Shown: piece by piece, positions 29,338 through 39,645 of the stretch
Position numbering within the stretch: position 1 is the stretch's first letter
How the letters are laid out: every line of letters begins with the position of its first letter
Source: Deltaproteobacteria bacterium
Lineage (GTDB): Bacteria; Desulfobacterota; Deferrimicrobia; Deferrimicrobiales; Deferrimicrobiaceae
Reading direction: 5' to 3'
Length of the DNA stretch: 64,000 bases
Assembly: GCA_021815305.1 (NCBI GenBank)
Contig: JAKAHC010000004.1
Coordinates: 215,183-279,182, forward strand
Notes under the pieces: generated by a model
Seen by the model: only the letters and a program-made list of their open reading frames with translations
Told to the model about the DNA's origin: nothing
Database searches by the model: none
Translations under genes and position numbers: made by a program

Positions 29338-30566
29338 CCTCCCCGGCATTCCTCCTCGGCGTCCTGTTCTTCGGCCACATGTGCACCGACATCGTGCAGG
29401 GGTCCCTCCCCGCCCTTCTTCCGTTCCTGAAGGACCGTTTCGACCTGTCGTACGCCGCCGCCGGGTCGCTCCTCATGGCGGCCCACATGACCTCCTCGGT
29501 GATCCAGCCGCTGTTCGGCTACGTCACCGACCGCCATCCCCTCCCGGTCCTCCTCGCGCTGGGGTGCCTGGTCTCCGGCGTCGGGATCGCTCTTGTGCCC
29601 TTCTCCCCTTCGTTCGGGTGGCTCGTCGCCTTCGTCATGTTCACCGGTCTGGGAACGGCCGCGTTCCACCCCGAGGGATTCAAGGCGACGGCGTGCATCG
29701 TTTCGGAGCGGCGCGCCACGGGGATGTCCTTCTTCTCCGTGGGCGGGAACCTAGGGATCGCCGTCGGCAGCCCCCTGGCGATCTTCCTCGTCTCGCGGCA
29801 CGGCCTCCGCGGAGCGTCGGTCCTCCTCCTCCCGGCCGCCGCCGCGGCCCTGATCTTCCTCCCCGTGCTTCCCGCGATCCGCCGCAGGATCCATTCGGTC
29901 TCCGCCGCGCCGCAGGCGAACGCGATGAGCGACGTCAAGAAACCGCTGTACGCGGTTTCCCTCCTCATCCTCATCGTGGTGATGCGCTCCTGGACCCAGC
30001 TGGGGCTCGCCACCTACATCCCGTTCCTCTACAAGGAAAAACTCGCGAGCGATCCGGCATACGTCGCCACCCTGCTCTTCCTCTTCTTCGGGGCCGGCAC
30101 GGTGGGCACGCTCCTCGGGGGGCCGCTGGCGGACCGTTTCGGTCACCGCCGGCTGCTGTTCGTCTCCACGGCGCTCCAGGTGCCCCTCCTCTTCGTCTTC
30201 CTGTGGTCCTCCGGCTGGCTCGTATTCGTCATGGCGGCGCTGCTGGGCTGCACGATCGTATCCACCTTCGCCGTCACCATCGTGATGGCCCAGGAGATGT
30301 TCCCCCGGAGGATGGCCACCGCTTCCGGCGCCATCGCAGGGTTCGCCATCGGCACCGGCGGGGTGGGCGTGACGCTCCTCGGAGTGGTCGCCGACCATTA
30401 CGGCGTCGGCGCCGCCACGCACCTCATCAACCTCCTTCCCGCCACGGGCGCGATCCTCGCGCTGCTTCTCCCCCTCCCATGGAAAACGGGGGACGAGAAC
30501 GGAAGGGGGATCTCCAGGGCGGAGGCAAGGGCAGAAGTGTCCTCCGCCGCGCCACCCGCCTCTTGA
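29334..30566 (+). CDS. MFS transporter (Fsr-like)
   Basis: TTG start overlapping the epmA stop; QPLFG, AAFHPEG, GGNLG, GGPLADRFG. Confidence 0.88.
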   Translation: MTSPAFLLGVLFFGHMCTDIVQGSLPALLPFLKDRFDLSYAAAGSLLMAAHMTSSVIQPLFGYVTDRHPLPVLLALGCLVSGVGIALVPFSPSFGWLVAFVMFTGLGTAAFHPEGFKATACIVSERRATGMSFFSVGGNLGIAVGSPLAIFLVSRHGLRGASVLLLPAAAAALIFLPVLPAIRRRIHSVSAAPQANAMSDVKKPLYAVSLLILIVVMRSWTQLGLATYIPFLYKEKLASDPAYVATLLFLFFGAGTVGTLLGGPLADRFGHRRLLFVSTALQVPLLFVFLWSSGWLVFVMAALLGCTIVSTFAVTIVMAQEMFPRRMATASGAIAGFAIGTGGVGVTLLGVVADHYGVGAATHLINLLPATGAILALLLPLPWKTGDENGRGISRAEARAEVSSAAPPAS

Positions 30567-30641
30567 CAGCCTCGGCAGGCCCCCCTACGATGGGGTGGCC
30601 TTGACCGAGCGCCCACTCGGTAAGCGATCCCGGAGGATTCC

Positions 30642-31952
30642 GTGACCCGACACATCCGCACCCGGACCGTCGCCTCGTTCCTCATCCTCGCGGCGCTCGC
30701 CGCCGCGGCGGGCGCCGCCGACAACGCCGCCCTGTCGCCGTCGGGGACCTCCGCCTCCGCCGTGACCTGGACGCTGGAGCAGGTCGCCGCAATCGCCGTC
30801 TCGCACCACCCGCTCGTGCGGCAGGCCGACGCGCAGACCGCCGCCGCCGCCGCAAGAAGGGGGCAGGCGGAATCCGCGTGGTACCCCTTCATCGACCTCT
30901 CCACGGGCGTCTCCCGCACAAGGGCGTTCTCGGTCCAGGCGCAACGGAGCGCGACGGTGCGCAGCGAGTTTCTCCAGGCGGACCTCTCGGTCGTTTTGAC
31001 CGATTTCGGGCGGACGCGGACCGACGTGAACCGCGCGGCGGCCCTCGTGTCCGCCTCCCGCGAGGACGGGACCTCGGTCCGCGAGGACGTCGGGTACAAT
31101 GCGAAGGTGGCCTACTTCAACGTGCTGCGCGCAGTCCGCTCCCTGGAGGTCAGCCGCGAAACGCTGCGGCAACGGGAGTCGCTCCTGCGGCAGGCGCAGG
31201 CGTTCTACGAGGCGGGCATCCGGGCCAAGATCGACGCCATCCGCGCGGAGGCGAGCCTCTACGACGCCCGGGCCCAACTGACCCAGGCGGAAAACAACCT
31301 GCGGGTAGCGCGGATCACCCTCCTCAACCGGATGGGGATCGAGGGGCCGGCGGACTATATCCTGACCGATTCCCTGGCCTCGGAAAAGATCCCCGGAACG
31401 ATTGCGGACTGGGTCGCCGAGGCGGAAAAGAACCGCCCGGAGCTGAAATCCCTCCGCGAACAGGAGCGCGCCGCCGCGTATTCCGTGCGGTACGCCCGGG
31501 GAGGGTACCTGCCGTCCCTGACGGGCTCGGCGGGGTACGGCTACGCCGCCGAGGACATGCCGCTCCAGGAGAACTACCTGTTGGGCGTGACGCTCACCTA
31601 TCCCCTCTTCTCCGGGTTCCTGACCCGGGAGCAGGTCAGGGAGGCGCTGGCATCCCTCGCCTCGATCCGCCACGGCCTGACCGACTCGCGGCGGCAGGTG
31701 CGCCTGCAGGTGGAGCAGGCGGGGTACGGCGTCGGCGAGGCCGCGGAGCGGATCGTGGCGCGGACGAAGGAGCGGGACGCGTCCGAGGAGAACCTCCGCC
31801 TCGCGACCGCGAGGTACGAGGTGGGCGTCGGAGACATCATCGAGATGATCGACGCGCAGGTCCAGATGACCACTGCCGACACCGCCGCCATCGACGCCCA
31901 GTACGACTACAGCGTTTCCCTCGCGACGCTCCTGCGCGCGATGGGCCGCTGA
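30642..31952 (+). CDS. TolC-family outer membrane efflux protein
   Basis: Signal peptide; NRPEL, YLPSL, ARYEVG helical repeats. Confidence 0.88.
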   Translation: MTRHIRTRTVASFLILAALAAAAGAADNAALSPSGTSASAVTWTLEQVAAIAVSHHPLVRQADAQTAAAAARRGQAESAWYPFIDLSTGVSRTRAFSVQAQRSATVRSEFLQADLSVVLTDFGRTRTDVNRAAALVSASREDGTSVREDVGYNAKVAYFNVLRAVRSLEVSRETLRQRESLLRQAQAFYEAGIRAKIDAIRAEASLYDARAQLTQAENNLRVARITLLNRMGIEGPADYILTDSLASEKIPGTIADWVAEAEKNRPELKSLREQERAAAYSVRYARGGYLPSLTGSAGYGYAAEDMPLQENYLLGVTLTYPLFSGFLTREQVREALASLASIRHGLTDSRRQVRLQVEQAGYGVGEAAERIVARTKERDASEENLRLATARYEVGVGDIIEMIDAQVQMTTADTAAIDAQYDYSVSLATLLRAMGR

Positions 31953-31967
31953 CCGGCAGGGGGATTC

Positions 31968-33155
31968 ATGACGGAGAACAGCGCAGAAACCGCAACCCCG
32001 AAAAACAACGGCCGCAGGAAGAAGGCGATCCTCGTCTTCCTCGTCGTCCTGGTGGCGATCGTCCTCGCCGGCTTCGGCTATTGGGAATACCGCCGGACCC
32101 ACGTGAGCACCGACGACGCATACATCGACGGGCGGATCCACATGGTTTCTTCCCGGATCCAGGGGAAGGTGGTGGACGTAAAGGCGAGGGACAACCAGTA
32201 CGTGAAGGAGGGGGACCCGCTCCTCCTCATCGACCCGGAGCCGTTCGCCGTCCGGGAGTCCGCAGCGGCGGCCGCCCTCTCGGGGGGAAACGCCGACCTC
32301 GTCGCGGCGAGGGCCGACCTGGACTCCGCCCGTTCGGACGTGGACGCCGCGCAGCGGGACCTCGAGGGGGCGAAGACCCTGCTCGCGCAGCTTTCGGCGG
32401 GCGTCGATGCGGCCCGCGCGAGGACCGCACTCGCTTCGGCGCGCCTTGCCCAGGCGTCGAGGGACGCGGTCCGGATGAGGAAGCTGTTCGCGAAGCAGGC
32501 GGTCAGCCGGGAGACGTTCGAGAAGTCGCAGACCGGCGAGGAAGTTGCGCGGGCGCAGAACGACCTGGCCAGGGAGGAGTTCCGGCTCGCGGAGGCGGCG
32601 ATTCCCACCCAGGAGGCGCTGATCGCCCAGCGCGCCGCCGTCCTCTCGCAGCGGCGGTCCGTGGTGGTCCAGCGCCAGGCGCGGGTCGTCCAGCGGGAGG
32701 CCCAGGTCAGGCAGCGCGAGGCTGCCCTGTCCGAGGCGAAGCTCAACCACCGCTACACCGAGGTCCGCGCCCCGGCGGACGGGTACGTCACGCGGAAGGG
32801 CGTGGAAGTGGGGCAGATCGTCTCCCCGGGCCAGTCTCTCCTCGCCGTGGCGACGCTGGGCGACGTTTGGATCCTGGCGAACTACAAGGAAACGGACATC
32901 GGGAAGATCCGCCCGGGACAGGACGTGGAGATCCGCGTCGACACGTTCGGCGGGAGGAAGTTCAAGGGGAAGGTGGACAGCATCATGGCGGGTACCGGTT
33001 CCGCCTTCTCCCTGTTCCCGCCGGAGAACGCCACGGGCAACTACGTGAAGGTGGTGCAGCGCATCCCGGTGAAGATCCTCCTGGCTCGCGGGGAGGACCC
33101 GGGACACATCCTGAGGATCGGCATGTCCGTGGTCCCCACGGTGCTCGTCCGGTAA
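31968..33155 (+). CDS. EmrA-like HlyD-family adaptor
   Basis: STDDAY, ANYKET, PPENATGNYVKVVQRIPV. Confidence 0.9.
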   Translation: MTENSAETATPKNNGRRKKAILVFLVVLVAIVLAGFGYWEYRRTHVSTDDAYIDGRIHMVSSRIQGKVVDVKARDNQYVKEGDPLLLIDPEPFAVRESAAAAALSGGNADLVAARADLDSARSDVDAAQRDLEGAKTLLAQLSAGVDAARARTALASARLAQASRDAVRMRKLFAKQAVSRETFEKSQTGEEVARAQNDLAREEFRLAEAAIPTQEALIAQRAAVLSQRRSVVVQRQARVVQREAQVRQREAALSEAKLNHRYTEVRAPADGYVTRKGVEVGQIVSPGQSLLAVATLGDVWILANYKETDIGKIRPGQDVEIRVDTFGGRKFKGKVDSIMAGTGSAFSLFPPENATGNYVKVVQRIPVKILLARGEDPGHILRIGMSVVPTVLVR

Positions 33156-33162
33156 GGGGCCG

Positions 33163-34755
33163 GTGAACGGCGAGAAGGACCCGGGGAGGATCGGCAACGC
33201 CGTCGGCGCGGCCCGCGACGGCAAGTGGATCGTCGCCGTCACGGTGATGCTTCCGACGCTGATCGAGATCATCGACACCAGCGTCGCCAACGTCTCCCTC
33301 GACCACATCCGCGGATCCCTCTCCTCGGGGATCGACGAGGCGGCGTGGGTCCTCACGTCGTACCTGGTGTCCAACGCCATCATCATCCCGATGACCGGAT
33401 GGCTCGCCCGCACGTTCGGGCGGAAGCGGTACCTCACCTTCTCCGTCCTCCTGTTCACCGCCGCCTCGTTCCTGTGCGGCTCCTCGACGAGCCTGGGGAT
33501 GCTCGTGTTCTTCCGCGTCCTCCAGGGGATCGGCGGCGGGGCGCTGCAGCCGATCTCGCAGGCGATCCTCCTGGAGACGTTCCCGCCGCAGGAGCACGGG
33601 ATGGCGATGGCCATCTTCGGCGTCGGCGCCATGTTCGGTCCCATCGCCGGCCCGCTGATGGGCGGGTACATCACGGACACCCTCTCCTGGCGCTGGATCT
33701 TCTACGTCAACATCCCGTTCGGGCTCCTCGCCGTTTTCATGATCTCGATGTTCATCAAGGACCCCCCGTACATGAAACGGCAGTTCGGGGAGAAGGTGGA
33801 CCGGTGGGGGATCGCCCTGCTCGCCGTGTGGGTCGGCTGCCTCCAGATCATGCTCGACAAGGGGCAGAGGGAGGACTGGTTCCATTCCACCTTCATCCTG
33901 GTCCTCTTCGCCGTCGTGGTCCTCGCCCTCCTGCTCTTCGTGATCGTGGAGCTGTTCCTCGCCGAGAACCCCGTGGTCGACCTGCGGGCGTTCCGGAACA
34001 TCTCCTTCACCAGCGGAAACGCGGTGATGTTCATCGCCTTCTTCAACCTGCTCGGGAGCATCGTCCTCCTTCCCCTGTACGCGCAGCTGCTCCTCGGGTA
34101 CACGGCGACGCTTGCCGGGCTGGTCCTCTCGCCGGGCGGGGTGGCCACGCTTCTGACCATGCCGCTCGTGGGAAGGTTCATCGGGCGGCACAATCCGAAA
34201 TACCCGCTCGCCCTGGGCGTCCTCGTGTGCGCCTTCTCCACCTGGGACATGTCGAACTTCTCGCTGGGAGCGGATTTCAACGCCCTGCTCTGGCCGCGGA
34301 TCTACCTGGGTTTCGGCATGGGGCTGCTCTTCATCCCCCTCACGACGCTCACCCTGTCCTCCATCCCGAAGCCCCAGATGGGGAACGCCACGGGCATCTA
34401 CAACCTGTTGCGGAACCTGGGGGGGTCGATCGGCGTGTCCTTCGCGACGACCATGTTCGCCCGCCGGGCCCAGGTTCACCAAAGCTACCTGGTGGAGCAC
34501 ATGACCCCGCTGGATTCGGCTTTCCGGTCCGCGGTGGCCAAGGGGCAGGCGTTGCTCCCCTCCCGGGGGATCCCCGACGCCGTCGCGGGGAACGCGACCC
34601 TTGCGAGGCTCTACCGCGAAGTGGTCCGTCAGGCGACGATGATGGGGTTCAACGACGCGTTCTATATCCTGTCGGTGCTGATGGCGTGCGTCCTGCCGAT
34701 GCTGCTGCTGCTGCGCAGGCCGGCGCACCAGGCGCCCCCCGTCGTGGGGCACTGA
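33163..34755 (+). CDS. EmrB-like DHA2 MFS efflux permease
   Basis: DTSVANV, WVLTSYL, RVLQGIGGG, WRWIFYVNIP, RNLGGSIG. Confidence 0.92.
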   Translation: MNGEKDPGRIGNAVGAARDGKWIVAVTVMLPTLIEIIDTSVANVSLDHIRGSLSSGIDEAAWVLTSYLVSNAIIIPMTGWLARTFGRKRYLTFSVLLFTAASFLCGSSTSLGMLVFFRVLQGIGGGALQPISQAILLETFPPQEHGMAMAIFGVGAMFGPIAGPLMGGYITDTLSWRWIFYVNIPFGLLAVFMISMFIKDPPYMKRQFGEKVDRWGIALLAVWVGCLQIMLDKGQREDWFHSTFILVLFAVVVLALLLFVIVELFLAENPVVDLRAFRNISFTSGNAVMFIAFFNLLGSIVLLPLYAQLLLGYTATLAGLVLSPGGVATLLTMPLVGRFIGRHNPKYPLALGVLVCAFSTWDMSNFSLGADFNALLWPRIYLGFGMGLLFIPLTTLTLSSIPKPQMGNATGIYNLLRNLGGSIGVSFATTMFARRAQVHQSYLVEHMTPLDSAFRSAVAKGQALLPSRGIPDAVAGNATLARLYREVVRQATMMGFNDAFYILSVLMACVLPMLLLLRRPAHQAPPVVGH

Positions 34756-34784
34756 AGGAACGGGAGAGCGGAGGAAACGCACGG

Positions 34785-35414
34785 ATGTCGGACACCGCAA
34801 GGAGCAGGGCGATCCTCGCCACCGCCTCCCGCCTTTTCGCGGAGAAGGGGTACGGGAACGCGACGACCTCGGAGATCGCACGCGCGGCGGGGGTCGCCGA
34901 AGGGACGATCTACCACCACTTCGGGAGCAAGGACGGGATCTTCCTGACGATCTTCGACGAGACGATCGAAGGGTATCTCGCCGGGATCGAGGAGCTGCTG
35001 GCCCGGGGAGCGACGGGGCGGGAAACCCTCTCCGCGCTCACGCGGTTCCAGTTCGACTACGTCTCCCGCCACAGCGAGCGGTACCTCATCCTGCTGCGGG
35101 ATTTCCCCGCCGACCTCACAGCGGGGCCCCTCGCCGAGGGCTCCCCCCAGAAGAAGAAGCTCGACCGGATCACGGAGCTCTTCCGCAGGGTCCTCGCCCG
35201 CGGGAAGGCGGACGGGACGCTTCACCTTCCCTTCCCGGTGCGGGACACCGCGGAGATTCTCCGCGGTTCGTTCTACGGCGCCATCCGGCTCAAGATGACC
35301 GGGCTCATCCGTGCGCCGCTGCCGCGCCTGGCCCGGATGCTGGAGTCGTACTGGATGGAGGCGCTCGCGCCGCAGCACCCCGCGGAGAGCCCCCGGGGGG
35401 TGCCGGGAGGCTGA
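34785..35414 (+). CDS. TetR/AcrR-family regulator
   Basis: FAEKGY..ATTSEIARAAGVAEGTIYHHFGSK helix-turn-helix. Confidence 0.92.
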   Translation: MSDTARSRAILATASRLFAEKGYGNATTSEIARAAGVAEGTIYHHFGSKDGIFLTIFDETIEGYLAGIEELLARGATGRETLSALTRFQFDYVSRHSERYLILLRDFPADLTAGPLAEGSPQKKKLDRITELFRRVLARGKADGTLHLPFPVRDTAEILRGSFYGAIRLKMTGLIRAPLPRLARMLESYWMEALAPQHPAESPRGVPGG

Positions 35415-35415
35415 A

Positions 35416-35838
35416 TCAGCCGTCCTTCCCCTTGTTCCCTTCCGCGAAGGCTTCGCGGGAGACGGGAAGTGCCGTGGATTGCCCTCGGGCCAGCACCCTT
35501 CCGTCGCCCGCGGTCACCGTGAGCTCGCACACCATGGACTGCCGCCCCTTGTGGACGATGCGCGACTCCCCGATCACCGTCTCGCCCGGCTTCGCCGCAC
35601 GGAAGACGTTCAGGCTCCACTGGACGCCCACCGCGTCGACGACGGCGTTCACCGAGAGGGCGAACGCCGCATCCGCCGCCGCGAACAGCAGCACTCCGTG
35701 ACCGATCTTATGCGCGTTCAGAAAGCGCTCCTCGACGGCGACCGACACCTTCGCATACCCTTCCCGCGCTTCGATCAGCTTCATCCCGAAATGCTGTATC
35801 AACCGATCCGCATGGAATATCTCCCGGACGCGCTCCAT
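35416..35838 (-). CDS. PaaI-family hotdog thioesterase
   Basis: FLNAHKIGHG..FAAADAAF. Confidence 0.85.
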   Translation of the reverse strand: MERVREIFHADRLIQHFGMKLIEAREGYAKVSVAVEERFLNAHKIGHGVLLFAAADAAFALSVNAVVDAVGVQWSLNVFRAAKPGETVIGESRIVHKGRQSMVCELTVTAGDGRVLARGQSTALPVSREAFAEGNKGKDG

Positions 35839-36356
35839 CACTCCCCCCGCCCGAGGTACGCCCTGGCGTACCCGACGTAATGGTCGGACAAAACCCTGTT
35901 CTTCTCCCCGGAGCCGGGACCGAGATCCCTGACGACCCTTCCCGGGACGCCCATCACGAGCGAGTTCGGCGGGATGACCCTTCCCGGGGACACGATCGCA
36001 CCCGCGCCGATCACGCTCCCCCGGCCGATCACGGCCCCGTCGAGGACGATGCACCCGATCCCGAGCAGGCACAGGTCCTCGATGACGCAGCCGTGCGCCG
36101 TCGCGCCGTGGCCGAACGTCACCTCGTCCCCCACCGTGAGAGGGAAATCCTCCTTGACGTGCAGCACGCACCCGTCCTGGATGTTGGTGCGCTTGCCGAT
36201 GCGGACCGGGAGGATGTCCCCGCGGATCACCGCGTTGAACCAGACGCTCGAATCCTCCCCGATCGCAACGTCCCCCACGATCCTGGCCCCTTCCGCCACG
36301 AAGACGGAAGGGTGCAGGCGGAGAGGGCCCACCCTGATCGGATACGGCAACGGCAT
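35838..36356 (-). CDS. Gamma carbonic anhydrase-family protein
   Basis: VWFNAVIRGD, TNIQDGCVLH, GHGATAHGC hexapeptide repeats. Confidence 0.9.
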   Translation of the reverse strand: MPLPYPIRVGPLRLHPSVFVAEGARIVGDVAIGEDSSVWFNAVIRGDILPVRIGKRTNIQDGCVLHVKEDFPLTVGDEVTFGHGATAHGCVIEDLCLLGIGCIVLDGAVIGRGSVIGAGAIVSPGRVIPPNSLVMGVPGRVVRDLGPGSGEKNRVLSDHYVGYARAYLGRGE

Positions 36357-36524
36357 CGAAGAACTCCGGACGGTCGTATCCCCGGATTATACTAAGGATC
36401 GGCGGCCGCGTTCGCCGGAAAGAGCCTCGGGGCTTAAGGGGTACGGCGGGTTCGCGCACCCCCGGGACAAGGATACGGCCCGGCGCGCGGTCCGCCGGGC
36501 CGGGATCGGACGCGCCGGCAAGGT

Positions 36525-36995
36525 TCACTGCGCGAGTTCGGACACCTCCAGCGCGTCCTCGAGCGCGATGCAGCCCCGCACGCTCATCGCCGCGGGACAC
36601 CGCGTCAGGTAGACCTTCATCGCCTCCCGCGCCTCTTCCGCCTTCCCCGCGGGAACCTTGAGCGTGTATCGCACCCGGATCCGCGTGATCCGCAGCACCC
36701 CGTCGACGTCCTCGATGTCCCCTTCCACGTCGGCCCGGAACCGGTCACCGAACGTGGGGATCTTGTTGCCGGCCAGCACCGTGGCCAGTGTCCCCATCAT
36801 TCAGGCCGCCACCGCCCCCACGACGTGGTCGAGCGTGGCCGCGTGCTCTTTTTCCGGCTCCACCTTGTAGAACTTCTTGATTCCCCCGTGCACCCCGTAG
36901 TACACGGGCTCCGGAAACCCCTCGATGTGTGCGATCCGCGTCGGCCCCTTCTCCCGGACGATGGAGATCCGGGAGGTGTGAACCACATTCCCCAT
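36525..36995 (-). CDS. OsmC-like protein with in-frame TGA (predicted selenocysteine at codon 65)
   Basis: Abutting same-frame ORFs 36801-36995 and 36525-36800; joined sequence GAVAA-U-MMGTL...TRCPAA matches the two-Cys OsmC layout; SECIS-like hairpin follows. Confidence 0.8.
36756..36795 (-). promoter_or_regulatory. Putative bacterial SECIS element of the OsmC-like gene
   Basis: CTGGCCA-CGGTGC-TGGCCGG upper stem, GGGGA/TCCCC lower stem; G-containing loop starts 19 nt after TGA. Confidence 0.6.
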
Positions 36996-37253
36996 GGTCG
37001 ATCCTCCTTTTTTTCCCGCCCTCTCCGCGCTTTGAGGTTGACTCCTGCAACCGAAACAATTATAAACCTGTTTTGCGCTTACACACGACCGTGCGATCGT
37101 GCAACCTTCCCGTGGCGCGACGCATCGTATCGCTTACTTCCGTGAAAAGGCGCATATTCGCACGCAAATCGGGCCGCGGGACGAAATGCCGGGAGGGAAA
37201 ACCGCACAATCCGGAAGGCGCGGCTTCGCGCACCGGGGAAGGGAGACGAAGCG

Positions 37254-38591
37254 ATGGCAAAACGTGGTTTCACCAGGCGTGACTTCCTCAAGGGTACCGG
37301 TGCGGGGCTTGCGGCGACGGGGTTGGGGGTCCCCCTCCTCCTGCCCCGCAAGTCGTACGCCGCGAAAAAGACGCTCAAGATCCTCCAGTGGAACCACTTC
37401 GTCCCCGCCTACGACGTTTGGTTCAACAACACCTACGTCAAGGAGTGGGGTGCAAAGAACAACACCGAGGTGATCGTCGACAACATCGGCCTGGCGGGAA
37501 TCAACGCCCGCGCCGCCGCGGAGGTGGGCGGGCAGAAAGGCCACGACCTGTTCCTGTTCCTCGCTCCGCCGTCGGCATACGAAACCCAGGTGGTGGACAT
37601 GAAGGAGGTCTACCAGGAGGTCGAGAAGAAGCACGGCAAGGCGCTTCCCCTCGCCGTCCACAGCACCTACAACCCGAAGACGAAGAAATATTTCGCCTTC
37701 TCCGACAGCTTCGTCCCCGACCCGATCAATTACCGGAAGGACCTGTGGGACGGAATCGGCATGTACCCCGACACCTGGGACGACGTCCGGGTCGGGGGGC
37801 GCAAGATCAAGGAGAAGTACGGGATTCCCGTGGGCATCGGCATGTCGGCCGAACTGGACACGGCGATGGCGATGCGCGAGCTGATGTACTCTTTCGGGGC
37901 CTCCGTGCAGGACGCGCAGGGCAACCTGATCCTGGACTCGAAGCAGACCCTCGAAGCGGTAAAGTTCGCCAAGGCCCTCTACCAGGAGGCGATGACCCCG
38001 GAGGTGCTCTCCTGGGACCCCTCCTCGAACAACCGGGCGATGCTTGCCGGAAAAGTCTCCCTGGTGCTCAACGCCATCTCCGTCACCCGGCAGGCGGAAA
38101 CCGACAAGATGCCGATCGGGAAAGACATCTGGCTCGCCAAGGCGGCCAAGGGCCCGGTCCGCAGGATGGGGACCGAGCACGTGATGAACTGCTACGTCGT
38201 CTGGAAGTTCGCCCAGAACGTCGACGGAGCGAAGAAGTTCCTCGTCGACTACATCAACGCCTTCCGCGGGGCGTTCCTCGCCAGCGAGTTCTACAACTTC
38301 CCATGCTTCCCGAAAACGGTGCCCGATCTCCAGAAGCTGATCTCCAACGACCCGAGAGCAACACCCCCGAACAAGTACGCCGTCCTCTCCGACGTCCTGG
38401 ACTGGGCGACCAACGTGGGGTACCCCGGGTATGCATCGGCGGCGATCGACGAGACGTTCAACACCTGGGTCATCAACACGATGTTCGCGAAGGCGGCGAC
38501 CAATACCTCCACCCCCGAGGCGGCCATCAAGGAAGCCACCGCGAAGTGCCGGCAGATCTGGGCGAAGTGGAAGGAAAAAGGACTCATCTAG
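37254..38591 (+). CDS. Carbohydrate ABC transporter substrate-binding protein (Tat signal)
   Basis: TRRDFLK twin-arginine motif; leads a CUT1 ABC operon. Confidence 0.88.
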   Translation: MAKRGFTRRDFLKGTGAGLAATGLGVPLLLPRKSYAAKKTLKILQWNHFVPAYDVWFNNTYVKEWGAKNNTEVIVDNIGLAGINARAAAEVGGQKGHDLFLFLAPPSAYETQVVDMKEVYQEVEKKHGKALPLAVHSTYNPKTKKYFAFSDSFVPDPINYRKDLWDGIGMYPDTWDDVRVGGRKIKEKYGIPVGIGMSAELDTAMAMRELMYSFGASVQDAQGNLILDSKQTLEAVKFAKALYQEAMTPEVLSWDPSSNNRAMLAGKVSLVLNAISVTRQAETDKMPIGKDIWLAKAAKGPVRRMGTEHVMNCYVVWKFAQNVDGAKKFLVDYINAFRGAFLASEFYNFPCFPKTVPDLQKLISNDPRATPPNKYAVLSDVLDWATNVGYPGYASAAIDETFNTWVINTMFAKAATNTSTPEAAIKEATAKCRQIWAKWKEKGLI

Positions 38592-38601
38592 GGGAGGCAA
38601 C

Positions 38602-39645
38602 TTGGCAACGGTAACGGTTCGTCAACTGGAAAAGCGGTTCGGCGACGTGCACGCGGTGGACGGGATCGATCTGTCCATCCAGGAGGGAGAGTTCCTGGTC
38701 CTGCTGGGCCCCTCGGGGTGCGGCAAGACCACCCTCCTGCGGATGATCGCCGGGCTGGAACGGCAGACCAGGGGCGATATCCTGATCGGGGGGCAGGTGG
38801 TGAACGACCTGCCCCCCCGCGCCCGGAAGATCGCCATGGTCTTCCAGAGCTACGCCCTCTACCCCCACATGTCGGTCTACGACAACATCGCCTTCCCCCT
38901 GAAGGCGCAGGGAGTGGAAAAACGCTCCATCCCGGAACGGGTGGAGCGCGCCGCCGCGATGTTCGGCATCGAGCGGTTCCTCAAGCGCAAGCCTCGCGAG
39001 CTCTCCGGCGGAGAACGGCAACGGGTGGCGCTGGCCCGCGCGGTTGTCCGTGAACCCAGTCTTTTCCTGCTGGACGAACCGCTGTCCAACCTCGACGCGA
39101 AGCTCCGGACGCTGGCGCGCGACGAATTGAAGCAGTTCCAGCGGCGCATCGGCACCACGACGATCTACGTCACCCACGACCAGATCGAGGCGATGGGGCT
39201 GGGGGACCGGATCGTGGTGATGAGCGGAGGCAAGGTGCGCCAGGTGGGCTCCCCGCAGGAGGTGTACGACGAACCGGAAGACACCTTCGTGGCGGGGTTC
39301 CTGGGTTCGCCGCCCATGAACCTGCTGCGCGGCGACAACTGCACCGTCGGCTTCCGCCCGGAGCGGTTTCTCCCCCTGCTGGCGCACGAGTCGCAGGAAG
39401 GGCTGGTCCCCCTCTGGTTCCGGATCGACCGGGTCGAGGACCTGGGGTCGGCCCGGCTCCTCTACGGTTCCCTCCACGACACCTTTCCCAACGAGAAGGT
39501 GATCGTGAGCGTCCCCTTCACGGTCCACATGGATTTCACCCCGGGCGAGGTGTACGAATTCGCGGTGAAGGAAAAGGAAATCAAGTTCTTCGACAAGGAA
39601 ACCGGCCGCCGCACGGAGCCGCGTCCTTTCTGGGTGCGCCGGTGA
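38602..39645 (+). CDS. Carbohydrate ABC transporter ATP-binding protein (MalK-like)
   Basis: TTG start after GGGAGG; GPSGCGKT, VFQSYALYPH, LSGGERQR, DEPLSNLD. Confidence 0.93.
   Translation: MATVTVRQLEKRFGDVHAVDGIDLSIQEGEFLVLLGPSGCGKTTLLRMIAGLERQTRGDILIGGQVVNDLPPRARKIAMVFQSYALYPHMSVYDNIAFPLKAQGVEKRSIPERVERAAAMFGIERFLKRKPRELSGGERQRVALARAVVREPSLFLLDEPLSNLDAKLRTLARDELKQFQRRIGTTTIYVTHDQIEAMGLGDRIVVMSGGKVRQVGSPQEVYDEPEDTFVAGFLGSPPMNLLRGDNCTVGFRPERFLPLLAHESQEGLVPLWFRIDRVEDLGSARLLYGSLHDTFPNEKVIVSVPFTVHMDFTPGEVYEFAVKEKEIKFFDKETGRRTEPRPFWVRR

Noticed and set aside
15841-33680. Very long alternative-frame ORFs (e.g. 915, 984, 868 and 1031 aa)
   Set aside because: Arg/Pro/Gly-rich shadows of real genes, expected at this GC content, with no motifs
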